Origin: an uncultured Pseudomonadales bacterium
GTDB taxonomy: Bacteria; Patescibacteriota; Microgenomatia; UBA1400; PJMF01
DNA: 64,000 nucleotides
Assembly: GCA_964521215.1 (NCBI GenBank)
Contig: CAZFRD010000002.1
Span: forward strand, 10,798 to 74,797
Direction: 5' to 3'
In this document: positions 9,981-20,292 of the stretch, piece by piece
Position numbering within the stretch: the first letter of the stretch is position 1
How the letters are laid out: the number at the start of each line of letters is the position of its first letter
The notes under the pieces: model-generated
Database searches by the model: none
Seen by the model: only the letters and a program-made list of their open reading frames with translations
Told to the model about the DNA's origin: nothing
Program-made: the position numbers and the translations under genes

Positions 9981-11885
9981 TTAAATTGGCAGATCCCAAG
10001 CTGAGTTCCAATTCTCCGATCCACAAGGATTGATTCCACTAAGAGTTTGCCTAGCTAATTCACCGGCTATCACGTCAATGTTGTCCTGAGGGTCGGCCAG
10101 GTTCTTAAGTCGATATTTTTCCTTCTCTGTTAAACCTTGAGCTATTGCCAATGCATAGAATGCCTGCTCCATGTTTAGACTAACACCATTTTCTCTAGCA
10201 ATTTTAATAATTTGTATTGTTTTATGAATGTTTTGACGCATTAACTCTGCAACTTGTTTTTCGACCTCTTCTGTTTGAAAAGTAACCTTCAATATATCTT
10301 GTACCCATTCTAACCATGAAACAAATACCCCACCAGCGTTACTCAAAATTCCTGGAATTCTGAGGACTTCAAGATCATCTAACTTTTCTGCAGCCAATGG
10401 TGTAGTTGCACCATTGGCCAACTCCAATATGACTACTCCTCTTGGTACGAATTCAGCTGTTTTTTCATTGAGCGTCGACTGTGTTGCAGCCTCAACTATA
10501 ATGTCTGGTAGATTGTCTTGCCAATATCGACATACAGAATCCGCAAGCTCGGTTACTCGTTCTTTTTGATCATGAGATTTGGGTTCAGCATACACTCTGA
10601 TGTTTCTTCCTTTAGCTTGTTGGTCTCTTGCCCAATCAGCGATGTTCCCTCGCTGATTGACACTTACCTCGAACATTTCTTGGGCATCAGTCTCGGTAAA
10701 TCCCTCTGGACAATGCAAGATTGAATGAATGTCTGCAATCCCAGTCACTATCATTCCCGCTCTACAAGCTTCTTCTATTGTTCTTTTTGAAGCACTCCCG
10801 CATCCACGAAAGAATACTTTCTTGCCAACTAAAACAAAACTCATTATCATTGCCAATGCCTTGAGACTCTCCCATCCACCCAGCCCCGTTGCATCTTTTC
10901 GTGCTTCCAAACCACCATCTTGTTTTCCCGTCACTGTGGCTCTGGATTTTATGATCTCATCATTAGAAGCCCCACTTTCGCGTAGGGCTCTTTGAATGCC
11001 ATTAACCAAGTATTCAATTACTGGTTTACCATTTAGACTACCAGTGGTGTTTTTATCTCCCGCCATTCTATCCAGCAATGGACCAATCGCGCCTGCCTTC
11101 ATCCATTCATAGCCACATGCTTCTAGTGCCAAAGCTATAAGTTTCATTTCATCAAGTGGATTTAATTGATCAGGTACTCCAATAATAATATCGGCTTTGG
11201 CACCTCCCGCAATTTCAAAACTGTCAAGCTGAGGTAATAAGTCTGGTCGACCCTGATATTTCAATAATTCACCCAGGTGTGCTTTTAGATTAAGACCAAG
11301 ATTTTTTGGTACCATTGCAGCTGCTAAAGCTCTTGCCTCATCAAGTAGGTCAGCTAATATTTTTATCAATAGAATAAATTCTGTACCATTATTCATATTT
11401 GGGGGAATGACATCATCTACGATGAGTTCTCCTCCCCCACCTAGAAAGCCAGATTGAACCATATTTGCAAATGAATTTGCATGTCCCTCGGGAGTGTCTT
11501 GCTCTTCGCGTAAAAACCTTCCCTTCACTAGACTTACCCTTACACCTCCACCAACCAGGTAAGCAACATCTTCACTCACAGCACCTCTTGAAACAACATT
11601 GTCCTGAACTCTTCTACCCAAGACTTTATATCTAATACCGTTTAAGTAAACCTTAGCTTCAACTTCAAATTCTCCTGTGGATTTTATCCAATCTTCTTGA
11701 AAATTAAAGTCTTTAGGTATTGATGATATGCCAAATAATTCAGAAAGTTTCGGGTCATGAAGCTTTAATAATTTCTTTAATATTTCAAAACCCATAAATT
11801 GTCTATACGTTTCTGCAGAAGCAAAACCAAACTCCATCATGCTTAATTTAGTAATTACAAAATTTTCTTGATTTTCCACAAACAT
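9981..11885 (-). CDS. Divergent Glu/Leu/Phe/Val dehydrogenase family protein
   Basis: GGAKA, VTGK, GGLEARKDATGLG, GCGSAS (Rossmann variant), ELANGATT and PGILSNAGGV motifs; longer than typical family members. Confidence 0.72.
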   Translation of the reverse strand: MFVENQENFVITKLSMMEFGFASAETYRQFMGFEILKKLLKLHDPKLSELFGISSIPKDFNFQEDWIKSTGEFEVEAKVYLNGIRYKVLGRRVQDNVVSRGAVSEDVAYLVGGGVRVSLVKGRFLREEQDTPEGHANSFANMVQSGFLGGGGELIVDDVIPPNMNNGTEFILLIKILADLLDEARALAAAMVPKNLGLNLKAHLGELLKYQGRPDLLPQLDSFEIAGGAKADIIIGVPDQLNPLDEMKLIALALEACGYEWMKAGAIGPLLDRMAGDKNTTGSLNGKPVIEYLVNGIQRALRESGASNDEIIKSRATVTGKQDGGLEARKDATGLGGWESLKALAMIMSFVLVGKKVFFRGCGSASKRTIEEACRAGMIVTGIADIHSILHCPEGFTETDAQEMFEVSVNQRGNIADWARDQQAKGRNIRVYAEPKSHDQKERVTELADSVCRYWQDNLPDIIVEAATQSTLNEKTAEFVPRGVVILELANGATTPLAAEKLDDLEVLRIPGILSNAGGVFVSWLEWVQDILKVTFQTEEVEKQVAELMRQNIHKTIQIIKIARENGVSLNMEQAFYALAIAQGLTEKEKYRLKNLADPQDNIDVIAGELARQTLSGINPCGSENWNSAWDLPI

Positions 11886-11918
11886 AACTATTATTATAGT
11901 ACTATGCTAGATACACAG

Positions 11919-12224
11919 TCAATATGTATTTTTTTTCAGTTGTTTTAACTTCCACATAAATAATTTTGCCTTACTTTTCGCAGTGGTGGCATCGAGCACA
12001 AAGGTGCGTGCTTTTTCTAATAAATGACGGGGTAATGTCTTTGCCATTTTAATATACAAACTTTTATGTTTTTCGTCATTTAACTCACAGGCTAAACGAT
12101 AGCCAAAATCCTGAAATTCCTGAGTAATATATCCGCCCTTATCCTCAACTTGGTAATTATCAAACAACGACCCAACCGTCGCAAATGAAGATTTTTGTTT
12201 GGTTATTTTTCTAGTGTCAGTCAC
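11919..12224 (-). CDS. Small basic hypothetical protein
   Basis: 101-aa ORF overlapping the MFS gene end; helical and lysine-rich. Confidence 0.6.
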   Translation of the reverse strand: MTDTRKITKQKSSFATVGSLFDNYQVEDKGGYITQEFQDFGYRLACELNDEKHKSLYIKMAKTLPRHLLEKARTFVLDATTAKSKAKLFMWKLKQLKKNTY

Positions 12225-13434
12225 TCAGCTTCTCCCTGAGCAATAAAGTTGCCATTGCTCCAATGGCTGCCATGATAAACAGCAATTTCCAACTGCCACT
12301 TGTGAGTAACACAACCAACACCAGAAGCCAAAAAACAGACATGGCCAAAGCTTGAAGTAATTCATGGTAAACAAAAAAGGAGTGAGCTTGCGAGCCTTTA
12401 CCACGTTTGTACCAAATCGTATCAAAAAACAGCCAATGATAATTTCCACTGACTCTGTCGAGCGTATCTGCCAAGGCCACACCCCAAAATGAAAATATTT
12501 GGGTTCGTAATAACCAAGTTAAAGCAATGGTCACACCAGTAATTTTAAAAGGCGTACGACTGGTGAGCGAATCTAGTTTGAAGGTAGAAACCACAGTAAT
12601 GATCAGAGCTAGAAATAAGGCGATAGTAGCGAGAAACCCCACTCTTTCAACTGTACCAAAAAGAGTGAATAAGTAAAATGGCCAGATAAAAAGCATAATG
12701 TCATAAAAGTATCTACCGATGATAGCTAAGCTGAATCGCTCATAGCTTTTTTCGCTCAACCAATTTTTGAATTCTTGAAAGCTGACCGTATCCAAATCAC
12801 AACTATCAGAGATAAGTAGCACGACACAGAGACTTAAAGTCACACCCACTAGTCCCAGAAAAAACACAAACTGAAAACCAACTTGGGTATTCAGCAATCC
12901 TGAGATGGCTGGAGTAATTGCTCCAATCAACAATAGTAAAATTTGCAGAGTACCAAGATTGGACCCCAACTCTTTTTTGGGTGAGTTATTTGCCAACAAT
13001 GTGTGGTAGGCAGGCCAGTAAAGAGTGACCTGCAATGCTTCCATTACGATACTGACAAAGATAGCCATGGGAAATATGACCGACAAAAATAAACTTAAAA
13101 ATGATAACAATCTAAAAATATAGGAGTAAACTAACGAACGCTGGTAGCCAATCTGGCTTGTAATTTTCCCCACTGGTATTACTAAGCAGACAATCAGAAG
13201 TTTACTGAAAATAAAATAACCAGCCAAAGTGAGGATGCCTGCCTGCCATTGGGTGAGCATCAGAGAACTAGGGAGTAATCTGGTTCCCAATTGAAATAAG
13301 TAAATTGGGAAAAAAAAGAATACTAACTTATTGACTAAATCTCGAATGACTCTTTCGTAGTAGAGGAGCTGAAGATCTCTTGAAGAAAAAAAGTACCTTT
13401 TCGGAAGATTTAATAAATGTACCAGACTTCTCAT
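12217..13434 (-). CDS. MFS transporter
   Basis: About 12 TM segments; GKITSQIGYQRS resembles MFS motif A. Confidence 0.75.
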   Translation of the reverse strand: MRSLVHLLNLPKRYFFSSRDLQLLYYERVIRDLVNKLVFFFFPIYLFQLGTRLLPSSLMLTQWQAGILTLAGYFIFSKLLIVCLVIPVGKITSQIGYQRSLVYSYIFRLLSFLSLFLSVIFPMAIFVSIVMEALQVTLYWPAYHTLLANNSPKKELGSNLGTLQILLLLIGAITPAISGLLNTQVGFQFVFFLGLVGVTLSLCVVLLISDSCDLDTVSFQEFKNWLSEKSYERFSLAIIGRYFYDIMLFIWPFYLFTLFGTVERVGFLATIALFLALIITVVSTFKLDSLTSRTPFKITGVTIALTWLLRTQIFSFWGVALADTLDRVSGNYHWLFFDTIWYKRGKGSQAHSFFVYHELLQALAMSVFWLLVLVVLLTSGSWKLLFIMAAIGAMATLLLREKLSD

Positions 13435-13961
13435 AGCGTATTTAGTTTCAACTTCAGTTGCGGAATTAATGTGAGCAAGACCTGCTCCAGCCTAACCACT
13501 TCATCACCAATAAATGGCTGGAGCACATATTGTTGGCCAGGAATCTCTCTTGCGCCGTTGCGACCATCGATGCCAATTCTGATATGCCAAAATGAAGCGG
13601 AGCCCCAGGTTTGATATAACGAGAGCAAACCATTGTGCTCATGTGGCCCTTTGCCAAACTGAATTTTATATTCTCCAAGCGGAATGTCCAAATCGTCATG
13701 AGCAACAAACAAGTCTTCATTTTGAATTTTGGGATGTTTTTTTTTGATATATGCCAAAGATTCTCCTGAGCGATTCATGTAAGTCGTTGGTAAAACATAT
13801 AAAGTTGATTTGTCTGAGCTTTCTGCCAGTTTGGCTTGAGCGGTTTTGTTGGACTTCCAAACCAGCTTATCAGCCAGTTGAGAGACTAAATTTGCACCAA
13901 CATTATGTCTGGTAAACTGATAAGTTTTTCCTGGGTTACCTAGCCCGATTACGACTTGCAT
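13431..13961 (-). CDS. pth: Peptidyl-tRNA hydrolase
   Basis: GLGNPG, TRHNVG, TYMNRSG, HDDLD, HNGL and RIGI motifs. Confidence 0.95.
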   Translation of the reverse strand: MQVVIGLGNPGKTYQFTRHNVGANLVSQLADKLVWKSNKTAQAKLAESSDKSTLYVLPTTYMNRSGESLAYIKKKHPKIQNEDLFVAHDDLDIPLGEYKIQFGKGPHEHNGLLSLYQTWGSASFWHIRIGIDGRNGAREIPGQQYVLQPFIGDEVVRLEQVLLTLIPQLKLKLNTL

Positions 13962-14007
13962 ATGGTCAAAATCATAACATGATCAATCACCATATATAAT
14001 AGTGTCC

Positions 14008-14883
14008 GTGAAAACAAAAACTCCTGCTATTGATTTTTCGATTATCATTCCCACTCTCAATGAGGAAAAATATTTACCCCATTTGCTTAAGGACTTGGCT
14101 GAGCAATCTTTTCCCAAAGATCGCTTCGAGGTGATTGTGGTTGATGGTAACTCCAAAGATAACACGATCAATGAGGCACAAAAACTTTCTAGCGCTTTGC
14201 AATTGGTGACGATTTCAGCTAAAACCGCCAACGTCTCAACTCAAAGAAACCTCGGGGTCAAAAAAGCCACTGCCAAGTGGGTGATTTTTATGGATGCAGA
14301 CAACCGCATTCCTCCGGCTTTTCTGGATGGCATTAAATATCAGTTAGCGACAAAACAGCATACCGACTGTTTCACCTGTTGGGTAGAAGAATCGGGTTAC
14401 AAAACTGCAGATAAACCCTTAATTACCATGCTCAATCTATTAACCGAAGTACTTGCTATGTTTAAACCTGGAGCCATGGGCGCATTAATTGGTGCAAAAC
14501 ACACATTGGCAAGCAAATATCCTTTTAACCACAAACTGGCAATCTCTGAAGATTACGAATTTATCGGCAAATTAGTCAGGTCAGGGCATCGATTTACAGT
14601 ATTTCGCTTTCCTCGTTACCACTACAGCTTACGTAGATTTGAACGCGAAGGCGTGCTTAAACTTGCTCGAGTTTACACCAAAGCACAACTCTATGTGCTC
14701 ATGGGTCGTCAGATCAAAAACGGTGAAATTGATTACCAAATGGGTGGTGATGCTCATGTGCCAAAATCAGCGTGGCATCAAACCAACCTCAAACAACTGC
14801 AGAGCAATATCACCGATTTGTTAAAGAATCACAAAAAAACTGCCCAAAAAATTCTCAACTGGCTAAACCAAGACCAAATTTAG
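14008..14883 (+). CDS. Glycosyltransferase family 2
   Basis: SIIIPTLNEE, VVDGNSKD, RNLG, FMDAD and ED motifs; GTG at 14008 has TATAAT 7 nt upstream. Confidence 0.9.
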   Translation: MKTKTPAIDFSIIIPTLNEEKYLPHLLKDLAEQSFPKDRFEVIVVDGNSKDNTINEAQKLSSALQLVTISAKTANVSTQRNLGVKKATAKWVIFMDADNRIPPAFLDGIKYQLATKQHTDCFTCWVEESGYKTADKPLITMLNLLTEVLAMFKPGAMGALIGAKHTLASKYPFNHKLAISEDYEFIGKLVRSGHRFTVFRFPRYHYSLRRFEREGVLKLARVYTKAQLYVLMGRQIKNGEIDYQMGGDAHVPKSAWHQTNLKQLQSNITDLLKNHKKTAQKILNWLNQDQI

Positions 14884-15174
14884 CTACTTTTTTTCAATCG
14901 TTACATGTAACGAGCGTAACCAATAAAAACTGGCGGCAATAATAATTCCATAGATCACGAGCGAAGCCAGTGACTCCCAAACACTACTTTTCATTTGAGG
15001 AAACAACACTTGTAAATCAAAAACCGCCACGATGCCGATGGGGGTCAGACTGCGGTTAATCACAACCTGAATCAGCAAAGTAATAATGTGTAAAATCGCC
15101 GAAATCTGATACAAAATTGCCACTGCCACTAAGAAATGTTGCCATGGCCGATTTACTACCGTTTTTTTCATCAT
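14884..15174 (-). CDS. Small membrane protein
   Basis: Two or three hydrophobic segments; TATACT lies just upstream of ATGATG. Confidence 0.5.
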   Translation of the reverse strand: MMKKTVVNRPWQHFLVAVAILYQISAILHIITLLIQVVINRSLTPIGIVAVFDLQVLFPQMKSSVWESLASLVIYGIIIAASFYWLRSLHVTIEKK

Positions 15175-15196
15175 GCAAAGTATACAATACAATCAC

Positions 15197-16321
15197 ATGC
15201 CAGTAGCTAGATCGACACCTATTTTGCTTGTCTCCTCCAGCGAAGGTCATTTAAGTTTGGCTAATGCCATCAAAGCTGGGCTGAGAGACCGAGGATTCAC
15301 TTCGATTAGTTTATTTGTTGAAAATTCGGCCGTGCTACCTTATCGACTTTACTATCGCTACGCACCGTGGTTGCATAGCTTAGTCAGTCTGATACTTGGT
15401 TCAAAATTTTTTCTAGGTTTACTGAGGCTTTTATTAACGATTAATTACGCCAACTTAACTAAAAAGATTATTAAAAAACATCAACCAAAGATTGTCATTT
15501 CTACCAACTATGCATTTAATCCTACTTTTGAATCGCTCCATCGCAAGAGAATTTTAAAATATTTCTCGGTCATCTGTGACCCACGCAGTTATAACTTAAT
15601 TAATGTGGCTCAAGCTGGTTGTTTTAACTTAGTGTTTGATGATAAACAAAAAACAATCATTGACCATGATTTTCCTCATACTCAAAATTTGGTCACCGGC
15701 TGGTTTGTGCGACCTGAATTTCAACCTCCAACTACGGTGGCTGGAGCTAAAAAAGCAGTGGGAATAGATCCCAATAAATTTTGCGCCTTATTTGTGGCTG
15801 GCTCAGAAGGTATGCAACGCATCCAAAAAACAGTTAAGGCGTTGGCCGAAACCGAAACTGCCATGACAATTTTGGTGGCCTGCGGTAGAAATAAACTGCT
15901 TTATCAGACTATTGAGCGATTGGGTCAGCAACTTGCCCACTCCCCCCTCAGCCTTAAGCCTCTGGGATTTACTTTGGATATAGCACCATATTTTCAAGCT
16001 GCCGATGTGGTAGTGGGCAAGGCTGGTCCCAATATGATTTTTGAAGCCATCGCTTGCCACAAACCATTTATTGCCACCACTTCGTTGGCTGGTCAGGAGG
16101 CAGGTAACTTGGATTTGATCAAGGAGTTGGGAATTGGGTTTGTGGAAACTGATGCCGATAAGGCGGCAGAATTAATTGTTAGTCTAATTAATAGTCCAGA
16201 AAAAATTACCAGACTCCAACCTAATATAAACAAGTTGGCCGAATTTAACCAAAAATCAGTTGATCGGCTGGTAGAAATAATTGATGCTAACCCCCCACAA
16301 GTGACGCCTTCAGTGCGTTAG
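15197..16321 (+). CDS. GT28 / MGDG-synthase (UgtP)-like glycosyltransferase
   Basis: GH.S.A.A N-terminal motif, GWFVRPEF, AGSEG, ADVVVGKAGPNMIFEA and GQEAGN. Confidence 0.85.
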   Translation: MPVARSTPILLVSSSEGHLSLANAIKAGLRDRGFTSISLFVENSAVLPYRLYYRYAPWLHSLVSLILGSKFFLGLLRLLLTINYANLTKKIIKKHQPKIVISTNYAFNPTFESLHRKRILKYFSVICDPRSYNLINVAQAGCFNLVFDDKQKTIIDHDFPHTQNLVTGWFVRPEFQPPTTVAGAKKAVGIDPNKFCALFVAGSEGMQRIQKTVKALAETETAMTILVACGRNKLLYQTIERLGQQLAHSPLSLKPLGFTLDIAPYFQAADVVVGKAGPNMIFEAIACHKPFIATTSLAGQEAGNLDLIKELGIGFVETDADKAAELIVSLINSPEKITRLQPNINKLAEFNQKSVDRLVEIIDANPPQVTPSVR

Positions 16322-17774
16322 TTAATCCCTCGATATTCCACATTGCATCGTAATGATTCCCTCCTTGAATAAGGGTAACGATGGTCTTCAAACCAGGAAA
16401 TAAACTAGCAGCTCTCCTTTCAAAAAATGATTGCGTGCGTTCAGAAATATGTTTAGTCCGAGAATCAGTTGGGTCTACAGTAGTAGCACCCACAACATAG
16501 ACCAAGCTAATTGGAACTTGGAAGTCTGTTAGTTTCTTTCTGACTTCTTTAGTAGTATCTTCTTTCAAAGCTGATGTGTTAGGAATCGCAAGAGACGTAT
16601 CGCCTTCAAGTCCAGACCTCCGCGCTTCGTTGACCATCCAAGCAGGATTTATTTTTAGGTAACCCATTGCCAATTGTGAAGGTAGTTTTAAGCCTGCTGG
16701 TCCCTCTGGTGTATCCCAAGAGTTCAACATTGCTCGAATCATATAGGCAAGAGATTGCGCACGAGAGATTTGCATATTCTCTGGTAATAAATTTCTTGCG
16801 TAGTTGTAAGGATCAGTAATTCCTTTTTGAGCTACTCGAAGATCAATATTAGGATTGCTACCAATTGCCGGTTCTAACAATATTAACTTAGGTTTGAAAC
16901 CCTTATCCAAAAAACGATCAGCCATCATGATTGCCTGATTAGCTCCAGCAGAAAAACCTGTCAAACAAATATTACTGGAGAGTTTCACACCTGCTTGCTC
17001 GAGTGCAGTCATCATAATATCAGCTGCGGGACCTAAGTCATTAGTCATCGCAGGATTGACTGGGTATCCGGTTTTCGTCGTACCTGACAAATGAGGCATC
17101 ACTATTACCCGTCGCACTTTTCCTTTTAATGCTTCGTTTTTGGCGAGAATATCACTGATTTGTGCCGCAAAACCTATATTGCTCAATGCATCGGTGGCGC
17201 CGCCACCAAATAAAATTAAGTCAATTCCTTCTCCAGCTTTTTCTTTCGATTGGTCAACGTCACCGCTATCTTTCAAACATGGAACTTCATGAATATAAAA
17301 TTTAACCACTGATGCTGCCGTTGGAGGTAAAAGATCAACATCTCTGTCCAACTTCTCTGCTAATTTTCCAGGGCGTTGGTTTGCTAACAAATCACTCACC
17401 TTAATAGTCGAAAAAACCACTTCAGTATGCTCTATACAAGAAAAAAACCGATCTTCGAATTTGAATCCCACCGAATCATTCAACTCGTTCCACGCCTTTT
17501 TTTTATTTGCAGCCAGTTGTTTTGATTCTTCCGACCGAAGCCGATCCAGTTTACCTGCTAATAAATTAAGAGGAATTGATAGTAGTCGCCTAATTCCGTT
17601 TTTTCGCTCTGGTGATTTTGAATCTACCTTGGACCTATCGGTCTCATACCTATCTAGGGGAACTTGCAATCCTCTGGGTTGCTGATGAATTGGTTCTGGT
17701 GGATCGGTCTCTTTTTTTAATCGTCTTTGCTCAAGATTACTTGCGTAGTCAATTTGAAGAGCCAATTCATTCAT
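16287..17774 (-). CDS. Orphan protein with a possible alpha/beta-hydrolase fold
   Basis: TGFSAGA nucleophile-elbow-like motif, LILLEPA and a C-terminal GGNH; charged N-terminal extension. Confidence 0.55.
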   Translation of the reverse strand: MNELALQIDYASNLEQRRLKKETDPPEPIHQQPRGLQVPLDRYETDRSKVDSKSPERKNGIRRLLSIPLNLLAGKLDRLRSEESKQLAANKKKAWNELNDSVGFKFEDRFFSCIEHTEVVFSTIKVSDLLANQRPGKLAEKLDRDVDLLPPTAASVVKFYIHEVPCLKDSGDVDQSKEKAGEGIDLILFGGGATDALSNIGFAAQISDILAKNEALKGKVRRVIVMPHLSGTTKTGYPVNPAMTNDLGPAADIMMTALEQAGVKLSSNICLTGFSAGANQAIMMADRFLDKGFKPKLILLEPAIGSNPNIDLRVAQKGITDPYNYARNLLPENMQISRAQSLAYMIRAMLNSWDTPEGPAGLKLPSQLAMGYLKINPAWMVNEARRSGLEGDTSLAIPNTSALKEDTTKEVRKKLTDFQVPISLVYVVGATTVDPTDSRTKHISERTQSFFERRAASLFPGLKTIVTLIQGGNHYDAMWNIEGLTNALKASLVGG

Positions 17775-19615
17775 GTTGTTTTTTTCCTTATTTGTTGGAT
17801 TTCAACCAAAGATGTGGCCTGATCCCAAGTTTTATCATCACGAATTTTGAGCAAGCGAGGAAAGCGCATAGCAAGACCTGCGCTGTGAACAGGAGATTCG
17901 GTCAGTTCGTCGGCGGCGACCTCGATGACTACGGCGGGCTCCAGCCAGACATCTGGCTGGAGCGACTTATCAACTTTGCCATACTCTGCTGGTTGAGTCG
18001 CCGCCTGATGATTATCTCCCAATTGTTTTAGTTCGCTCAGCTGATCTTCGCTCATCCCCGTTCCAATCTTACCAATCGTCACCACTTTGCCTGAGTCATC
18101 CAACACTCCAGTCAAAATCGCACCCAACCCAAATTGAGTCCGCTTACCCTTACCCTTGTAATAACCCATCATCACCACATCCAAAGTATCAGCCAATTTC
18201 CCGCGTGACCCTTCAGTCTCCTTAATCTTGACCCAACGCCAACCTTTGCGCCCTGATTGATACTGACTTTCAGTTTGTTTAATCACCGCTCCTTCAAGCC
18301 CATCCGCCAAAGCAGTTTCGTGAAACTGATGCACCACTGTTGGATCATTAGTTACCACAAACGGTGTGATAAAAAAACTGCCTCTACTATTTAACTGATT
18401 AGTTGGGCCAAAAATTGAAAATAAGTCGCTCAATATTTTTTTTCTTTCGTTGAGCGGTTGTGCAAGTAAGCTTGTTCCGTTCAATTCAATCACGTCAAAA
18501 ACATAAAATCTGATGGGCACAGCTTGGGCTTGATTTTCCACCTCGTGTTTACGTTTGCGGGTGATGGTTTCTTGAAAAACTTTTAATTTGCCAGTTTGCG
18601 GATCAAAACCAATTGCCTCACAATCCAAAATGCAGGATCGACAATTTATCTGCTCGCTTAAAGTCAACAATTCCGGGAACATGTGGGTACAATCTTCCAG
18701 ACTTCTGGTAAAAGCTCTGACTACCTTTGGTTGTGTTTCATTAGTTTGGTAAAGATGGATTTGTAACCTAAGACCATCATATTTTGGTTCAACAATCACC
18801 TCTCCCAACTTCTCAATTATTTCCTGAGCGGAATTTAGACGTTGGCATAAAGCTGGCATCACCGGAGTGCCAACTTTAACCGAATAGGAGTCGAGCACAT
18901 TGTGATAATTCGGCTTTGGTTGGCGACTTTCGGTAATCCAGACTGTGGCCAAATAACCCAAATCAGCACGCTTTTCCCAGGCTTTTTCCAGCTCACTGGT
19001 CCAATTTTTATCACCACTGACCAACCAGCTTAACGAATCTAAGATCGTCATGGTGGCAAAACCGAGGCGAAGTTTACCGATGACGATGCGCGCGATGTAT
19101 CGCGCGCTCAAACCATCATTCGATTTAAATAACTCAGCCAACCGATCAAGTTTTCGCTCCTGCGATCCTTCACCTCCCTCTTGAGCAATCAAGACCAAAG
19201 AGTTAAAAATAGAAATCAACTCAGATTCTGCTAGCGAATTAGCTCGACCTCCATTTTTCATTCGATCTTCAGTCACTTTTTCAGCCACCAAACCAACATC
19301 GCCCAACTCCTGGTACAACTGCTCAACTTTCCCTAACTCGCCAACATCCGACCGTTCGCCAAACAAATTAGTCGTTCCAGTATCTTGAGCATCCTCGTTA
19401 ATCCGACTGAGGGCTCGGAGCACCATTTTGCTACTCAAATTAAACTCCAAAGACTCGTACTGAGGCACTAATCTACCTTGCAACAAATAACAGGCTGGTT
19501 GAATTTCGGCTATTTCTAACTTTTTCAGTATCTCAACCAGTTGCTCGGTCATCGCCAAGCGGGAAGGAGTTGCTTCCAGTACTTTCAGATGCTGTGCAAA
19601 GTCAACAAATTTCAT
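17771..19615 (-). CDS. lig: ATP-dependent DNA ligase with N-terminal DNA-binding domain (archaeal/eukaryotic-like architecture)
   Basis: EPKYDGLR (adenylated Lys), FDVI, EGAVIK, WVKIK and AMRFPR motifs; LRLG in the DNA-binding domain. Confidence 0.92.
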   Translation of the reverse strand: MKFVDFAQHLKVLEATPSRLAMTEQLVEILKKLEIAEIQPACYLLQGRLVPQYESLEFNLSSKMVLRALSRINEDAQDTGTTNLFGERSDVGELGKVEQLYQELGDVGLVAEKVTEDRMKNGGRANSLAESELISIFNSLVLIAQEGGEGSQERKLDRLAELFKSNDGLSARYIARIVIGKLRLGFATMTILDSLSWLVSGDKNWTSELEKAWEKRADLGYLATVWITESRQPKPNYHNVLDSYSVKVGTPVMPALCQRLNSAQEIIEKLGEVIVEPKYDGLRLQIHLYQTNETQPKVVRAFTRSLEDCTHMFPELLTLSEQINCRSCILDCEAIGFDPQTGKLKVFQETITRKRKHEVENQAQAVPIRFYVFDVIELNGTSLLAQPLNERKKILSDLFSIFGPTNQLNSRGSFFITPFVVTNDPTVVHQFHETALADGLEGAVIKQTESQYQSGRKGWRWVKIKETEGSRGKLADTLDVVMMGYYKGKGKRTQFGLGAILTGVLDDSGKVVTIGKIGTGMSEDQLSELKQLGDNHQAATQPAEYGKVDKSLQPDVWLEPAVVIEVAADELTESPVHSAGLAMRFPRLLKIRDDKTWDQATSLVEIQQIRKKTT

Positions 19616-19636
19616 AATAGTATCTTCTCATCAATA

Positions 19637-20029
19637 TTATTGTAGACTAGCTAATGAAGTTGCTAAAGTATTCAACTTTTTATCAAAGGTAACCAACTTA
19701 GCGTTTCTTCCCAAACTAGTCTTCGCTAAGAGGTAGGAGTCAACAACTGAAATTGGTTTTGCTTCAAATATTGCCAACGTTTCTCTAAGTAGCGGTCGAT
19801 CACAACTAATTGACTCCAAATCAATTAGTAATGCTAACGCTTCCACAAGTTTTTTCTTTTCCATTTGATAGTTGCTGATTAGCACAAAAGCAATTTCGAC
19901 AAATATCACGTCAGTCAATTCCAAACTGCCCGCAACTGATTGACCCAACAAACTCCCAGCTTGACTCGCCAACTTGGGTTCGTCATTGGTGAGAAATCTC
20001 ACTATGATATTAGTATCAATTAAGTGCAT
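19637..20029 (-). CDS. PIN-domain (VapC-like) toxin
   Basis: IDTNIIVR, conserved E, VDS and TFDKKL motifs. Confidence 0.88.
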   Translation of the reverse strand: MHLIDTNIIVRFLTNDEPKLASQAGSLLGQSVAGSLELTDVIFVEIAFVLISNYQMEKKKLVEALALLIDLESISCDRPLLRETLAIFEAKPISVVDSYLLAKTSLGRNAKLVTFDKKLNTLATSLASLQ

Positions 20030-20046
20030 GCTGCAATCTGGACGAA

Positions 20047-20283
20047 CTAACTCTGTTTTTTATACCAATTTAATATTTGATTATCCCAATCTTGATCAGC
20101 TGATTTTTGTTTTGTTTTAATGCTTCCCTTCAAGTTTATAAATGTTTTTTTTGCAACAACTCGAACTTGATCTCCGACAAATGAAAAGACTACCTTATCC
20201 CCCTTTTCTAAGCCAAGGTAACGACGAATATCGAGAGGAATAGTAGCTTGACCTTTACTAGTGATAGAAGATGAATAAAACAT
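20047..20283 (-). CDS. AbrB/MazE-family antitoxin
   Basis: ITSKGQATIPLDIRRYLGLEKGD; lies directly upstream of the PIN gene. Confidence 0.9.
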   Translation of the reverse strand: MFYSSSITSKGQATIPLDIRRYLGLEKGDKVVFSFVGDQVRVVAKKTFINLKGSIKTKQKSADQDWDNQILNWYKKQS

Positions 20284-20292
20284 ATTGGAATA

